Origin: Eledone cirrhosa
Taxonomy: Eukaryota
Direction of reading: 5' to 3'
Length of the DNA stretch: 64,000 nucleotides
Assembly: GCA_964016885.1 (NCBI GenBank)
Contig: OZ024741.1
Span: 109,926,001-109,990,000, forward strand
Shown here: piece by piece, positions 43,470 through 57,269 of the stretch
How the letters are laid out: every line of letters begins with the position of its first letter
Position numbering within the stretch: position 1 is the first letter of the stretch
Translations under genes and position numbers: made by a program
The notes under the pieces: generated by a model
Told to the model about the DNA's origin: nothing
Databases searched by the model: none
Seen by the model: only the letters and a program-made list of their open reading frames with translations

Positions 43470-46400
43470 TCTGTGTATGTCCTACATATATGTGTAATAT
43501 ATGTGTATGTCTATACATATGTGTGTAATATATGTGTATGTCTATACATATGTGTGTAATATATGTGTATGTCCTACATATGTGTGTAATATATGTGTAT
43601 GTCCTACATATATGTGTAATATATGTGTATGTCCTACATATGTGTGTAATATCTGTGTATGTCCTACATATGTGTGTAATATCTGTGTATGTCCTACATA
43701 TCTGTGTAATATATGTGTATGTCCTACATATGCGTGTAATATATGTGTATGTCCTACATATGTGTGTAATATATGTGTATGTCTATACATATGTGTGTAA
43801 TATCTGCGTATGTCCTACATATCTGTGTAATATATGTGTATGTCCTACATATCTGTGTAATATATGTGTATGTCCTACATATGTGTGTAATATATGTGTA
43901 TGTCCTACATATGTGTGTAATATATGTGTATGTCCTACATATGTGTGTAATATATGTGTATGTTCTACATATGTGTGTAATATATGTGTATGTCCTACAT
44001 ATGTGTGTAATATATGTGTATGTCCTACATATGTGTGTAATATCTCTGTATGTCCTACATATCTGTGTAATATATGTGTATGTCCTACATATCTGTGTAA
44101 TATCTGTGTATGTCCCACATATGTGTGTAATATATGTGTATGTCTATACATATGTGTGTAATATATGTGTATGTCCTACATATCTGTGTAATATCTGTGT
44201 ATGTCCTACATATCTGTGTAATATATGTGTATGTTCTACATATGTGTGTAATATATGTGTATGTCCTACATATCTGTGTAATATATGTGTATGTCCTACA
44301 TATGTGTGTAATATATGTGTATTTCCTACATATGTGTGTAATATATGTGTATGTCCTACATATGTGTGTAATATCTCTGTATGTCCTACATATCTGTGTA
44401 ATATATGTGTATGTCCTACATATCTGTGTAATATCTGTGTATGTCCCACATATGTGTGTAATATATGTGTATGTCTATACATATGTGTGTAATATATGTG
44501 TATGTCCTACATATCTGTGTAATATCTGTGTATGTCCTACATATGTGTGTAATATATGTGTATGTCCTACATATGTGTGTAATATATGTGTATGTCCTAC
44601 ATATGTGTGTAATATATGTGTATGTCCTACATATCTGTGTAATATCTGTGTATGTCCTACATATCTGTGTAATATATGTGTATGTCCTACATATCTGTGT
44701 AATATCTGTGTATGTCCTACATATCTGTGTAATATATGTGTATGTCCTACATATGTGTGTAATATATGTGTATGTCCTACATATGTGTGTAATATATGTG
44801 TATGTCCTACATATCTGTGTAATACATGTCGTCTATGTCCTACATATCTGTGTAATATATGTGTATGTCCTACATATCTGTGTAATATATGTGTATGTCC
44901 TACATATCTGTGTAATATCTGTGTATGTCCTACATATCTGTATAATATATGTGTATGTCCTACATATGTGTGTAATATATGTGTATGTCCTACATATCTG
45001 TGTAATATATGTGTATGTCCTACATATCTGTATAATATATGTGTATGTCCTACATATCTGTGTAATATATGTGTATGTCCTACATATCTGTGTAATATCT
45101 GTGTATGTCCTACATATCTGTGTAATATATGTGTATGTCCTACATATGTGTGTAATATATGTGTATGTCCTACATATCTGTGTAATATATGTGTATGTCC
45201 TACATATGTGTGTAATATATGTGTATTTCCTACATATCTGTGTAATATATGTGTATGTCCTACATATGTGTGTAATATATGTGTATGTCCTACATATGTG
45301 TGTAATATATGTGTATGTCCTACATATCTGTGTATGTCCTACATATCTGTGTAATATATGTGTATGTCCTACATATGTGTGTAATATCTGTATATGTCCT
45401 ACATATCTGTGTAATATATGTGTATGTCCTACATATGTGTGTAATATATGTGTATGTCCTACATATCTGTGTAATATATGTGTATGTCCTACATATCTGT
45501 GTAATATATGTGTATGTCCTACATATGTGTGTAATATCTGCGTATGTCCTACATATGCGTGTAATATATGTGTATGTCCTACATATGTGTGTAATATATG
45601 TGTATGTCCTACATATCTGTGTAATATATGTGTATGTCCTACATATGTGTGTAATATATGTGTATGTCCTACATATCTGTGTAATATCTGTGTATGTCCT
45701 ACATATGTGTGTAATATATATGTATGTCCTACATATGTGTGTAATATCTGTGTATGTCCTACATATCTGTAATATATGTCTATGTCCCACATATCTGTGT
45801 AATATATGTGTATGTCCTACATATCTGTATAATATATGTGTATGTCCTACATATCTGTGTAATATATGTGTATGTCCTACATATCTGTGTAATATCTGTG
45901 TATGTCCTACATATGTGTGTAATATCTCTGTATGTCCTACATATCTGTGTAATATATGTGTATGTCCTACATATCTGTGTAATATCTGTGTATGTCCTAC
46001 ATATCTGTGTAATATATGTGTATGTCCTACATATGTGTGTAATATATGTGTATGTCCTACATATCTGGGTAATATATGTGTATGTCTTACATATGTGTGT
46101 AATATATGTGTATGTCCTACATATCTGTGTAATATATGTGTATATCCTACATATCTGTGTAATATCTATGGTATGTCGTACATATGTGTGTAATATCTGT
46201 GTATGTCCTACATATCTGTGTAATATATGTGTATGTCCTACATATCTGTGTAATATCTGTGTATGTCCTACATATCTGTGTAATATCTATGGTATGTCCT
46301 ACATATGTGTGTAATATATGTGTATGTCCTACATATGTGTGTAATATATGTGTATGTCCTACATATCTGTGTAATATCTGTGTATGTCCTACATATTTGT

Positions 46401-46965
46401 GTAATATATGTGTATGTCCTACATATCTGTGTAATATATGTGTATGTCCCACATATCTGTGTAATATCTGTGTATGTCCTACATATCTGTGTAATATATG
46501 TGTATGTCCTACATATCTGTGTAATATATGTGTATGTCCTACATATCTGTGTAATATCTGTGTATGTCCTACATATCTGTGTAATATATGTGTATGTCCT
46601 ACATATCTGTGTAATATATGTGTATGTCCTACATATCTGTGTAATATATGTGTATGTCCTACATATCTGTGTAATATCTGTGTATGTCCTACATATCTGT
46701 GTAATATATGTGTATGTCCTACATATCTGTGTAATATATGTGTATGTCCTACATATCTGTGTAATATCTGTGTATGTCCTACATATCTGTGTAGTATCTA
46801 TGGTATGTCCTACATATGTGTGTAATATATGTGTATGTCCCACATATCTGTGTAATATATGTGTATGTCCCACATATCTGTGTAATATATGTGTATGTCC
46901 CACATATCTGTGTAATATCTGTGTATGTCCTACATATCTGTGTAATATATGTGTAATATCTATGT
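43470..46965. repeat. 30-bp minisatellite, more than 100 copies
   Basis: Unit tatgtcctacatat(g/c)tgtgtaatat(a/c)tgtg. Confidence 0.98.
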
Positions 46966-47079
46966 AATATAACTACACAGTTCAGTGTAGAACAGTACAG
47001 CAACTAAAACGTTTACAACATGGCCATTTATTTGTCTTCCATTTTCCCTTTTGCATCCTTGAGAGTATGATTGTGTTTG

Positions 47080-47395
47080 TTTGGAGACCCCTGACGATAT
47101 GTTCTGCTGTGTATCGTCTTTACACCTGCATTCTCTCCAAAACAATGTTTCAGTTAACACCCTTAAACCCTGCCCAAAGGGGTTTTATAAATGCGGACGG
47201 CTGCAGTGAGAACTTGTTCTTGCTGCGGTGCAGCAGCTTCTCGTACGCATTATGGGTGGGCCAGCTCGATCGAGATTTCGGCGGTTGGACGTGGCCTTCT
47301 TAGACCTCGCCAACGCTTTCGATACGGTTCCGCACTCACTTGTGATTGCGGTCATCAGAAGGATTGGCTTCCACAAACATTTGGTCGATATCTAA
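47080..47395 (+). pseudogene. R2/NeSL-group LINE reverse transcriptase fragment
   Basis: WRPLTICSAVYRLYTCILS..LNPAQRGFINADGCSENLFLL, frameshift, VAFLDLANAFDTVPH. Confidence 0.85.
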
Positions 47396-47463
47396 GATTG
47401 TGCGTGTGTGTGTGTGTATGTGTGTATACATATATATACGCACATATACTGTATATACATATA

Positions 47464-47546
47464 CAGATAAAATTTCGTTACAACGAATTTTTCAGTATAA
47501 CGAATTTTTTATACCCCATGAATTTCTTTATAACGGAATTTCACTG
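47464..47546. mobile_element. Shorter copy of the pogo/Tigger-type MITE
   Basis: ta-cagataaaatttcgttacaacgaa ... ttataacggaatttcactg-ta. Confidence 0.7.
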
Positions 47547-47699
47547 TATATATACGTACATACATATGTGTTTATATATAAATAAATATATATATATATA
47601 TGTGTGTGTGTATGTGTGTGTGTGTGTATGTGTGTGTGTGAAGACAAAGACTCATTGTGTTAAGCTGTTGGCAAATGAAAACATGAAAACAATTGATGC

Positions 47700-47902
47700 T
47701 GATGATAATGATAGTTATGTTGGTAGAAGTGGTGGTGGTGGTGCTGGTGGTGGTGGTAATGACGATGGTGGTCAAGATAATATTGATAGTGGTGGTGGTG
47801 GTGGTGTTGGTAATGACGATGGTGGTGAGAGGGGGAGAAGAAGAAGAAGAAGAAGAAGAAGAAGAAGAAGAAGAAGAAGAAGAAGAAGAAGAAGAAGAGG
47901 AG
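47700..47902. repeat. (GGT/GAT)n and (GAA)n microsatellites
   Basis: Direct reading. Confidence 0.9.
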
Positions 47903-48450
47903 TTTAAAAAATTGGTAAAACAACAAAGAGGCTCAATCGAAAGGGAGTAAGTATCCCATAACTCTTATTTACCTTCCGGTCGAGTCACCTCCTACAACCT
48001 GGAACTTCCGGTATTACCGTTAACATTTTGGGGTGTGGGTGAACTAGATGTGAAAAGTCCCGTTCCGTTTGGCAGCTCAGTGTTGTTTTCACCAACTGAA
48101 TGTAACATGGCTGAATGGATAAGGGTTTCGCTTCGTTTCGTGACCATTAGGTTCTTGGTTCGATGTCCAGGGCCTATAAGAAGTGGGCGTGGGGGGGGGG
48201 GGTCCAGCGGGTACTTTGATCTAGGGCCCAGAGATAAGAAGGCCCCGCAGCAACTATGAAACATACATTTTGAGAAAATCTTTTGCCTGCTTCCGGCCCC
48301 AAAGGGGTCTTGTACCGCCTTGCAAAATTTGTATTGGAGTCCCTGTCGATGTCAATATGTGGCACAGATTCGGGTCAACCCAGCCCTTGTGAATGACATT
48401 AGGTTGTTAGGTAGACGGAAACTGTTCGGAAGCCTATTGGACGAGCTCTT

Positions 48451-48730
48451 TAATTATTTAATTATATATATTTCAAGGGCAACCAAGGCAAATTATGGTG
48501 CGCTTTCATCAGATAAAATACAGATTTGTTTTATAAATAAATATTGACATACCCGGAAAAAAGACAACCTTAACGGTTGAAGTTCGCTATCCAGCGAACT
48601 TCAACCGTTACGGTTGTCTTTTTTCCGGGTATGTCAATATTTATTTATAAAACAAATCTGTATTTTATCTGATGAAAGCGCACCATAATTTGCCTTGGTT
48701 GCCCTTGAAATATATATAATAAAATAATTA
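48451..48730. repeat. Near-perfect 280-bp palindrome (4-nt loop atcc at 48589-48592)
   Basis: Arms of ~138 bp, two mismatches seen. Confidence 0.95.
48661..48726 (+). ncRNA. Minimal type I hammerhead-like motif (mirror copy at ~48455-48520 on the minus strand)
   Basis: tattttat-CTGATGA-aagcgca..cca..tgg..tgccctt-GAAA-tatata-TA-ataaaata: 8-bp stem I, imperfect stem II, palindromic stem III, AUA site. Confidence 0.65.
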
Positions 48731-48768
48731 TGGTTTTATAAATATAGTTTCCATTTATTAATATATTG

Positions 48769-48928
<160 letters not shown>

Positions 48929-49077
48929 TGTGTTTATATATGTGTATACCCTTAAGGTGTATATAAAGGAATGTACCCATACAGAAGCAGCAAACGGTAA
49001 TTTCATCAATTATATTTCTCCAGTTTTTAAATATCGACTTAATTAGTTTGTCTAAGTAATTAACATTAATTGATTAA

Positions 49078-49150
49078 CGGGGTCGATAAAATAAAGTACC
49101 AGTAATGCACTGGGTAATTGCTGGCCTTGTGCCTAAAGTAGAAACAATTA
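49078..49150 (+). mobile_element. SINE 3' fragment with the same internal deletion as the 24.2-24.7 kb copies
   Basis: ggggtcgataaaataaagtaccagtaatgcactgggtaattgctggccttgtgcctaaagtagaaac. Confidence 0.75.
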
Positions 49151-49384
49151 ATTGATTAATTAATAATATATTTACTTGACTAATACCTATATCATATATA
49201 CACTAACATGCACTTCATGTATACACATTCACATACACATGCACACACATATACGTATATATACATATAGATACTTTTTTTTTTATAGAAATGAATACTA
49301 CAGGATTAGAACTGCTTCGTTCCTGATGATTTGTTACGAACGAAACAGGTCTAATCCTGTAGAAGTAATTTCTATGGGGAAAAA

Positions 49385-49570
49385 AAGAGTGAGCGAAATG
49401 GGATTCCCCCGGAAGGTCTTTGGAGTAACGTTACTCAATAAAGTGTAGCTACTTCTCCGAATTGAGAGATCACAGCTCCGATAATATGGGCATGTGGTTA
49501 GCAAGATGGCTGGCTAAAATCTATGAACTTGGCTAGTCACTCTTGCGGATCCAGCCGGATCAGTTGGAGT
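49385..49570 (+). pseudogene. Decayed RTE-clade LINE 3' ORF fragment
   Basis: EMGFPRKVFGVTLLNKV..LLLRIERSQLR.YGHVV; related to 61940-62060. Confidence 0.65.
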
Positions 49571-49673
49571 CGATGGCTTCTGACAGGACTCGCTGGGGGA
49601 GTGTATGGGGACTTTGCCACTACGAAGAAGAAAAGTCACCTCCCTTTATACATCGGGAATCCACCTGCTTTAA

Positions 49674-49775
<102 letters not shown>

Positions 49776-49939
49776 CAAAAGTTCTGTTACATTTTTTGAA
49801 GTTCTTAGTTTAACATAAAAAAAGCTGGCAATTTGATCTTTATTTTTATATCGTTTTAAAGATTTTTTTGTCTTCATTCTGGTTCTGAACTCATCTTTAT
49901 GCTAAGAGAGATAGTTTTGTCCAAAATCAGAATGGAATG

Positions 49940-50655
49940 TGAATGATCTGCTGTGGTTGAGGTATATGAAGCTAGCAAGACACCAGAAATTTTGAATCTT
50001 CTCAATTGGCAAAAAAACGAAGTGAATGTTCATCTATCGAATCATTAATCAATTCAGAGACACTGGAGAAGTTCAAGATCGAACGAGAACAGAACATCCC
50101 AGGTCAGTCAGGACTTCCAGGCTCAAGAAAATCATCAGTTCCAGAGTTCACAGAAATCCAAGGCACTTCAGGAGAAAGATTACTCATGACCCGGGAGTTT
50201 CAAGAGAGTTTTTGAGGTGCGTTGTCAAAAGCAACTTGGGACTTGCTTCATTGAAACACCGAAACGACCACAGCCTAACAAATGCTTCAAAGGGAAAGAG
50301 ACTCATAAGAAGTCGCGCACTGTTTGAGTGGCTCGACACCCCTGGCTTGGACAATGTGCTCTTCACAGATGAGAAGTTGTTCACTGTTGGAGAAGCTCAC
50401 AACATCCAAAATAACAGGGTCCTTGCTGAAAACGCTCCGTCAGGGGATGCCAGAAATATCCACCACACACAACAATCCTTATCTGTGATGGTTTTGAATG
50501 GAGTGTCTTCGACGAGGAAAAGTCCTCTTGTTTTTGTTCCTGAAGGAGTCAAAATCAAACAATGAAGACCTCATTCTTGAACCTGTGAAGAAACATTTGA
50601 GCCAAGAATTATTCAACAGTGGCCTCTTTCTCTTCCAGCAGGATGGAGCACCCGT
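49940..50655 (+). pseudogene. Tc1/mariner (maT/DD37D-like) transposase fragment
   Basis: DRTR..HPRSVRT linker, VLFTDEKLFTV, N.QNNRV, SVMV..GVS..KSPLVFVPEGVKI, FQQDGAP; third acidic residue absent (truncated). Confidence 0.85.
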
Positions 50656-50659
50656 GTGT

Positions 50660-51040
50660 GTGTATTGTTGTTGATGGTGGTGGTAATAGTTGTCTTGGTT
50701 GTGGAGGGGTGATGGTGTTATTCTTGATGTTGGTGGTGGTGGTGGTGATAATGTTGGTGTTGGTGTTGTTAGTGATGGTGGTGATGGTGCTGTTGTCGGT
50801 GGTGGTGGTGATGATGTTGGTGTTGGTGTTGTTAGTGGGGGTGGTGATGGTGCTGTTGTTGGTGACGGCGGTGATGATGTTGGTGTTAGTGATATTGATA
50901 GTGATGTTGTTGTTGCTGGTGGTGGTGATGTTGCTGGTGGTGGTAGTGGTGGTGGTAGTGGGGTTGGTGGTGGTGGTGCTGCTGCTGCTGGTGCTGGTGG
51001 TGATGGTGTTTGTGGTCGTGATTTTAGTGTTGATAATTTA
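50660..51040. repeat. Degenerate (GGT/GTT)n microsatellite
   Basis: Direct reading. Confidence 0.95.
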
Positions 51041-51248
51041 ATGAGCTTGTGTTAAACTCAATGGTGAGGTCAGTTATGGAAAGGTTGGAAAGCCACTGAC
51101 TTAACGAGATTGTGTCAAACTGGGTTCCTTCAATGAGAGTGTGAAAAGGGCGAGGGAAAGAGACAGTGAAGTAAATCAATAGCTAGACTGAGAAGAGAGC
51201 AAGAAAAGGAAAGAAACGGATAAAGAATGCCTGGGAGAAGGAGTTTAA

Positions 51249-51337
<89 letters not shown>

Positions 51338-51367
51338 TGTGTGTGTGTGTGTGTGTGAGCCTGTGTG

Positions 51368-51412
<45 letters not shown>

Positions 51413-51433
51413 TATAGATAGATAGATAGATAT

Positions 51434-53990
51434 ATTTCTTTATTTGCCACAAGGGCGCACAAGGAAAGGGGACAATACAAAGACATATGCCGGGGATTGT
51501 ACATACAGTCGTGTAAAAATATTGAAACAAACAATTATAACAATCGAAATCCCCAATAGGGGGGGGGGGGGGGCGCCACAAATGGGTCGATAGAAATACC
51601 CTCAAATTCAGGAGTGCTCTCTTCTTCCTTTTGCTCTCGTCTTTAACCTACAGGCTTATAAATAGAGAAGGCCCAATCACTCGGGCCATTTTTGCCACAT
51701 TCACCCACCTTTCAGTCAATTTACTAGGGTGCAGTGCCTCTCACTCCACGCTGATTCTCCTTCTAAAGTGATACATAAAGAAGGGAATCAATTGTTGTCC
51801 GGAGAGAAAGGCATCTGTCCTCAGTCCTCTCAATCTCGTCCACCATATAACCTCTTTCACCATAGCCACTGTACAGAGGAAAACCGCCTCTCTTTCGATT
51901 TTGAAAGAGGCTGGCGGTTTGATCCTTACTATGGACTCGGCAGTCAACTGGATTTGTCCCATACGCGACAGCAGTTGTTCTGCATAGTTCCACAGGTCGC
52001 TTACGCCCGGAAAGTGTACAATTGCGTGCAAGACAGTTTCAATGTCCTGCTCGCATCTTGGACACGTCCTCTTGGAAGGATCTCTGCTGGGGCGTCCGTG
52101 CCTGTAGATCTTATTTCGAACGGGTAGAGCTCCTCGGTAGCACTGCCAGGCCATGGACCTCTGGAAATTGTCCATAGGTCCCGGGCGGAAAGTCCTACCG
52201 AACAGACTGGTGAGCTCGTCGTCTTCGAAGCCTAGAGTCTCCCCGAGCACATCGTCGTCGCACTTGTAAAGTACTAACCCTCTATAGAATGTCGAAGTGG
52301 AGTCTCCACTGATTGCTGTGCCCGCTTGACAGAGGACTGTGAGCGCCTCGGCGCATTCAATGTGCCAGGCGCCCATCTTCTTCGGTCTTCGCTTCACCCA
52401 GGACTGCAGCTCTGTCAGCGAGACAAGTTGTGGGAAGGCCTGTCTCACAAACGGTGCCCACACCGTTTGGTCGGTGAGGAAAACCTTGAGATGCCGTAGC
52501 CTCAGCGCATGTTTGCGCATCATTAGCCACGGCATGCCCGGCCCTCTATTGGAAGGGTGTTGACAGCAGACGGATCTCCTCACCAGTGGAGCCTGCTCCT
52601 TCCACGGGAACTGGAAGAGCATGCGTTCCATCTTGGTGAGGTATTCACGAGGACAAGGCACGACAGTCAAGCGGTAGTAGATGACGGACGCTATGGAAGT
52701 GTTCGCCACCTCCGCTCGACCTTTCAAAGAGAGTTTGCACTCTGCCCACTTCTGAGTGAGCGCAAATACCTTGGCCATGACTTCGTTCCAGTTTTTCTCC
52801 ACCTGGAGGGCTGGACCGAACCAGACCCCGAGCAATTTCACCGGTCCTTCCGTCCAGCGTCCGACGACGCAGTCGGACGGCATCGGTTTGCCTCTCCACG
52901 TTCCGAGTTGCAAACCGACAGACTTGTCCGGATTCAATTTTGCTCCTGTGAACCTTTCGTATCCTGTAGTATGTTGCCGATTACCTTGATTTCCGAGGTT
53001 TTCGACACCATCACCGTCAATTCGTCGGCATAAGCAGACGCCACTTTTCGCAGTCCCGGTTCTAAAGGAATGCCCTGCAAAAGCTCCAACTTCCGCTGTA
53101 GTGGCTCTAAAGTCAATACGTACAGAATGCAGGAGAGAGGGCATCCCTGTCGAATAGAACGCGTGATTACGAACGGCTCTGATAGCTAGCCGTTCACCTT
53201 GACCCTCGAGCAGATGCTGGTGTGCATCGCCTTGATCCAACTCTGAAAACGGCACCGAAACCGGCCGCCTTGAGAACCGCTTCCAAGTATCGATGGTCGA
53301 ACCTATCGAATGCCTTAGACTGATCTAAATTGATCAGAGCCCCACCGAAGCCGGGTTTACACCCCACCCTCTCTATGATGCATCGCATGAGGTGGAGGTT
53401 GTCGTGTATGGACCTGGTCGGGATTGCACACGTTTGCGCTTTCTCTGCCAGGTTTTCGACGACAAGCGCCAGCCTCGTTGCTAGCACCTTGGCCAAAATC
53501 TTTAACTCTGTGTTGAGCCGAATTATGGGCCGGAAATTGTTTATTTCGTCCCCCTTGTTCTCGTCTTTCCTGATCAGCGTTACTACGCCCTTGCCTGCAG
53601 AATTGGGAATTGTCCCGTTCTGCTGCCAATTGCAGTAGACGGCTTCGAGGACGCCAGAGAACAAGTCCGGCATGCCTATGTAAAACTCGTAGGGTAGACC
53701 ATCTAGACCGGGTGATTTGCGTTTCGCGCAGCGGCCCAGAGCGTCCCGTATCTCAGTGGCTGTGATCGGTCTTTCGCAGAACTCGGCGTCCATGTTCGAG
53801 AGTCGCGGCAGGCCGTCGAGGTATGAACCAAAGTCCATTGCCCCGTTCGGTGCACCGTCGATCAGCTCAAACATTCGCGCAAAGTGCCGCTGAAAGGCCG
53901 CGCACATCTGCCTGGGGTCAAACAGCAACGCTCCCGTTTTGGTCTTTCAAAGACCGAATCGTGGACTTGTTGCCACTTTTCGCCTCCGCC
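51434..53990 (-). mobile_element. Tx1-type LINE copy D (5'-truncated, frameshifted RT + CCHC + 3'UTR)
   Basis: ORFs 53194-53928 and 51741-53255 homologous to A/B/C; 3' end abuts (AGAT)n 51368-51432; 5' end abuts an AGAC/AGAT repeat. Confidence 0.93.
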
Positions 53991-54064
53991 AGACATACAG
54001 ACATACAGACGGACAGACAGATAGATAGAGAAGGTATTGTATTAGGAGATAGAGGGACGACGAT

Positions 54065-54383
54065 ACATCATCACCCTCATCATCTCCACAACTATCATTA
54101 CCACCAATACCATCATCACTACAATCCTCATCACCACCACCACCAGCACCCTCATCACCACCATCATCATCACTACCACCATCATTATCTCCATTGTTAT
54201 TATCGTCACCACCATCACCACCATCATCCGTACGATCATTACCACCACCATCATCGTCATCACCATTATCATCATCATCATCATCGCCATCACAACCATT
54301 TTCATTACCACCCTCACCATCATCATCATCGTCGTCTTGTCGGTAACAACAACAACAACAACAACAACAAAAACAACAACAAC
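54065..54383. repeat. (CAT/CAC)n and (AAC)n microsatellites
   Basis: Direct reading. Confidence 0.9.
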
Positions 54384-55054
54384 ATGAACGGCCACTTGAG
54401 ATGGCGTCTAAACAGCAGTAAAAACCTGGAAATCAACTCTACTTAACTGTGTGATATAGGAAATATTTTTTAGTCTATAACGCACACACATACAAGCACA
54501 TATACACACACATATGTACACATATACACATACACACGCACATATACACATATACACACATACACATGCACACACATGTACACACACGTATACACATGCA
54601 CACACATAGACACACACATACACACACACTTATACACATTCACACACATATACACACGCATATACACACCCATATACTCATACATATATATATACACACA
54701 CATATACACCCACACTTGCATTCACAGGCGAAACTCCAGAGTAACAAGACTCACTATTTAGTCCTAATAAAATGAATATATATATATATAATATATGTGT
54801 GTGTGTGTATTTTTTTATCATTCACGTGACATGTCATCTTCCTTCTATCCAGTTTAATTACTTTTTTTTTTTTCATTAATCATTTTGTTTTTCTTTATCG
54901 GGTTAGAAGCAATTATTTATTGTCCAATGTAAAGCATATGGTAATGGTTCGAATCCACTTAAAATTTAATATTGTATGTTGTATTTTATTTATAGAAGGG
55001 TTTTGTTTTTTTGCCACTATTTTTATTTTAATATGTAAGAATAAAGGAATCCCG

Positions 55055-55475
55055 AACCCAGAAAATAATTGTAACCACAACCATTTGCTGTGAATAATAG
55101 CTTAGACAATCGGGTAAAATAGCCATATGGACGGAAACACAGTGGCCAGTAGCTGCTCGAAGACTCGAACTTTGTAGCTCCCAAATTCTGCCTGGGCGCT
55201 CTTACGATTGAGCTAAGGAGCCGCTAACAATAATACCCGACTAAATTAGATAGATAAACGAACAGCTTTTGAATGTGAACTATATTGCATGCAATGTAAG
55301 AATCTCAGACACCGAAAATAACTGTAACCATAACCGATTGCTATCCATAATAGCTTAGAAAATCGGGTAAAATACCCCTATGTTCAGAAAAAGTGGCTAT
55401 CAGTTGCTACGAAGACTCAAACTCCATGTCCCTAAAATGCAGGATGAGTGTTTTTAACCACTAATCTAAATGACC
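55055..55475 (-). mobile_element. Two diverged tandem copies (~255-bp spacing) of a tRNA-derived repeat
   Basis: Shared gaaaataa.tgtaacca.aacc..ttgct...taatagcttaga.aatcgggtaaaata; minus strand ~55150-55223 reads ggctccttagctcaatcgtaagagcg...agttcgagtc (A and B boxes). Confidence 0.6.
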
Positions 55476-57031
55476 TCATGTCATAGGGAATCAAGCACGT
55501 AACCTTACAATTGGGTGTCGAACGACCTAACCAATAAGCCACGTGCCTTCAGCAACTACACATCTATTAGATCTCACGTTGTGGGGCATGATGTTGCAAT
55601 CTAGGAACAGAATATAACAAATATATATGCCCAAAACAGATCAGAGAAACAGGAAAAACATCTAAATGTAACGATCGTGGCAGATTTGGGGGAATAAACA
55701 CCAAATATGTGAGCCATATTATATGTAACTGTCAGAAACTCTCAAACTTATACGATCTACCTATTAGATACACTGTCGGAGCCAAAAATAATAGAATCGC
55801 TTTGAATATCAAAATATAAGAGTTACATTTATGTGGAGGGCATATTCACTGATCATATGTACTAAAACTGATGGTATATCCTTGTCGATAGTTCAAAAAT
55901 GTATAGGCAAAATAGGCCAGACATAATGATCTAGAACTTCGGTTCCAGAAATTATTCACAGTAAAGACAGTATCCATATACATACATGATGATGGCTGCC
56001 TCTTGTTGTCGAGTATGACCATTGCACGATATAACATTATTAATAATTATCAATTAATGCTATCGTGCAATGCCTGTGCGTGAAGATGTTTTTTTAAGTG
56101 AAGAAAAACTGTGAAATGAGCCAATCCCACTCTCTGAGCGACATTAGCTATAACCCGAAAAGTAAAGATCAACATCATCGGTAACTACTAAGCCGCAGTA
56201 CATACATACGCACATGATGGCTTCAAACTCTGCTAAGGGTATTGCAATCGCTTCTCAGATTACAGAAAATGGTGCACCTTTAGACTACAGCCAGCTACAC
56301 GAACCTGTAACATATCCAGAACAAGCAATGCCTGTGCTTTGAAAGTTTTTTAAGTGGTGAAAGGCCTTGTACTCGACCAATCCCACTCTCTGAGCATCGA
56401 AAACATAATCGGTTGTTTCCGAAGCCGCGGGTTTTTTCAGAGTTTCCCTCTCTTAGAAAGGAGTTGTGACAACAACTGTGGGCCTTTCAATCCCAGGTGA
56501 AAAAAAGTACTATTTGGATGGCCGTGGACTCTGCTGAGTTACTCCGCCCTTCGCCGGATCTTGTATTTTATCCCGCAGGGTGTCCAAATATCACCGTCCT
56601 CACCAAGCAAGCTTGGTGGGTTGCACGCTTAGTCACCGACGACCCAACTATGAGACAAATTGTACTGGGTTACATGTTACCAGTAGCACTCGAGAGTGAC
56701 CTGACATACATACATACATACATACATACATACATACATAAATGCATGCATACATACATACATGCATGCATGCATGCATACATACATACATACATACATA
56801 CATACATACATACATACATACATACATACACGCATACATACATGTTATAACTGTATGTATACATGTACAGATACAAAACATTCAGATGCACGCTTATAAC
56901 TCAAAACATCCACATCCACATATGCAATGACATCCACACCTGCACACACGTACGCATGCAGACATGCATACATATCTACCTAGTTGATGTTGTTTATATT
57001 CCAATGAGAAAGTATTATGTCTATATTAGAA

Positions 57032-57125
<94 letters not shown>

Positions 57126-57269
57126 GGTAAACATTTATAAAATTATAAAACCAGAAAAACATACATAAATACATAAATCAATACATACCATATACATACA
57201 TAAATTGGTAAATACATATATACATTCATAAATCAATACATACATAACAACGAAATACCTGATTCACAA

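Noticed and set aside
43470-46965. CRISPR-like array of ~30-bp repeats
   Set aside because: No unique spacers, no cas genes, eukaryotic context; the same applies to the 24- and ~62-bp arrays
43501-46967. Cys-rich repeat ORFs (CNICVCPTY), metallothionein- or keratin-like
   Set aside because: Artefact of a 30-bp minisatellite; open in several frames on both strands and switching frame
55150-55223. Functional tRNA gene on the minus strand
   Set aside because: A and B boxes present but acceptor and T stems pair poorly; part of a diverged duplicated repeat
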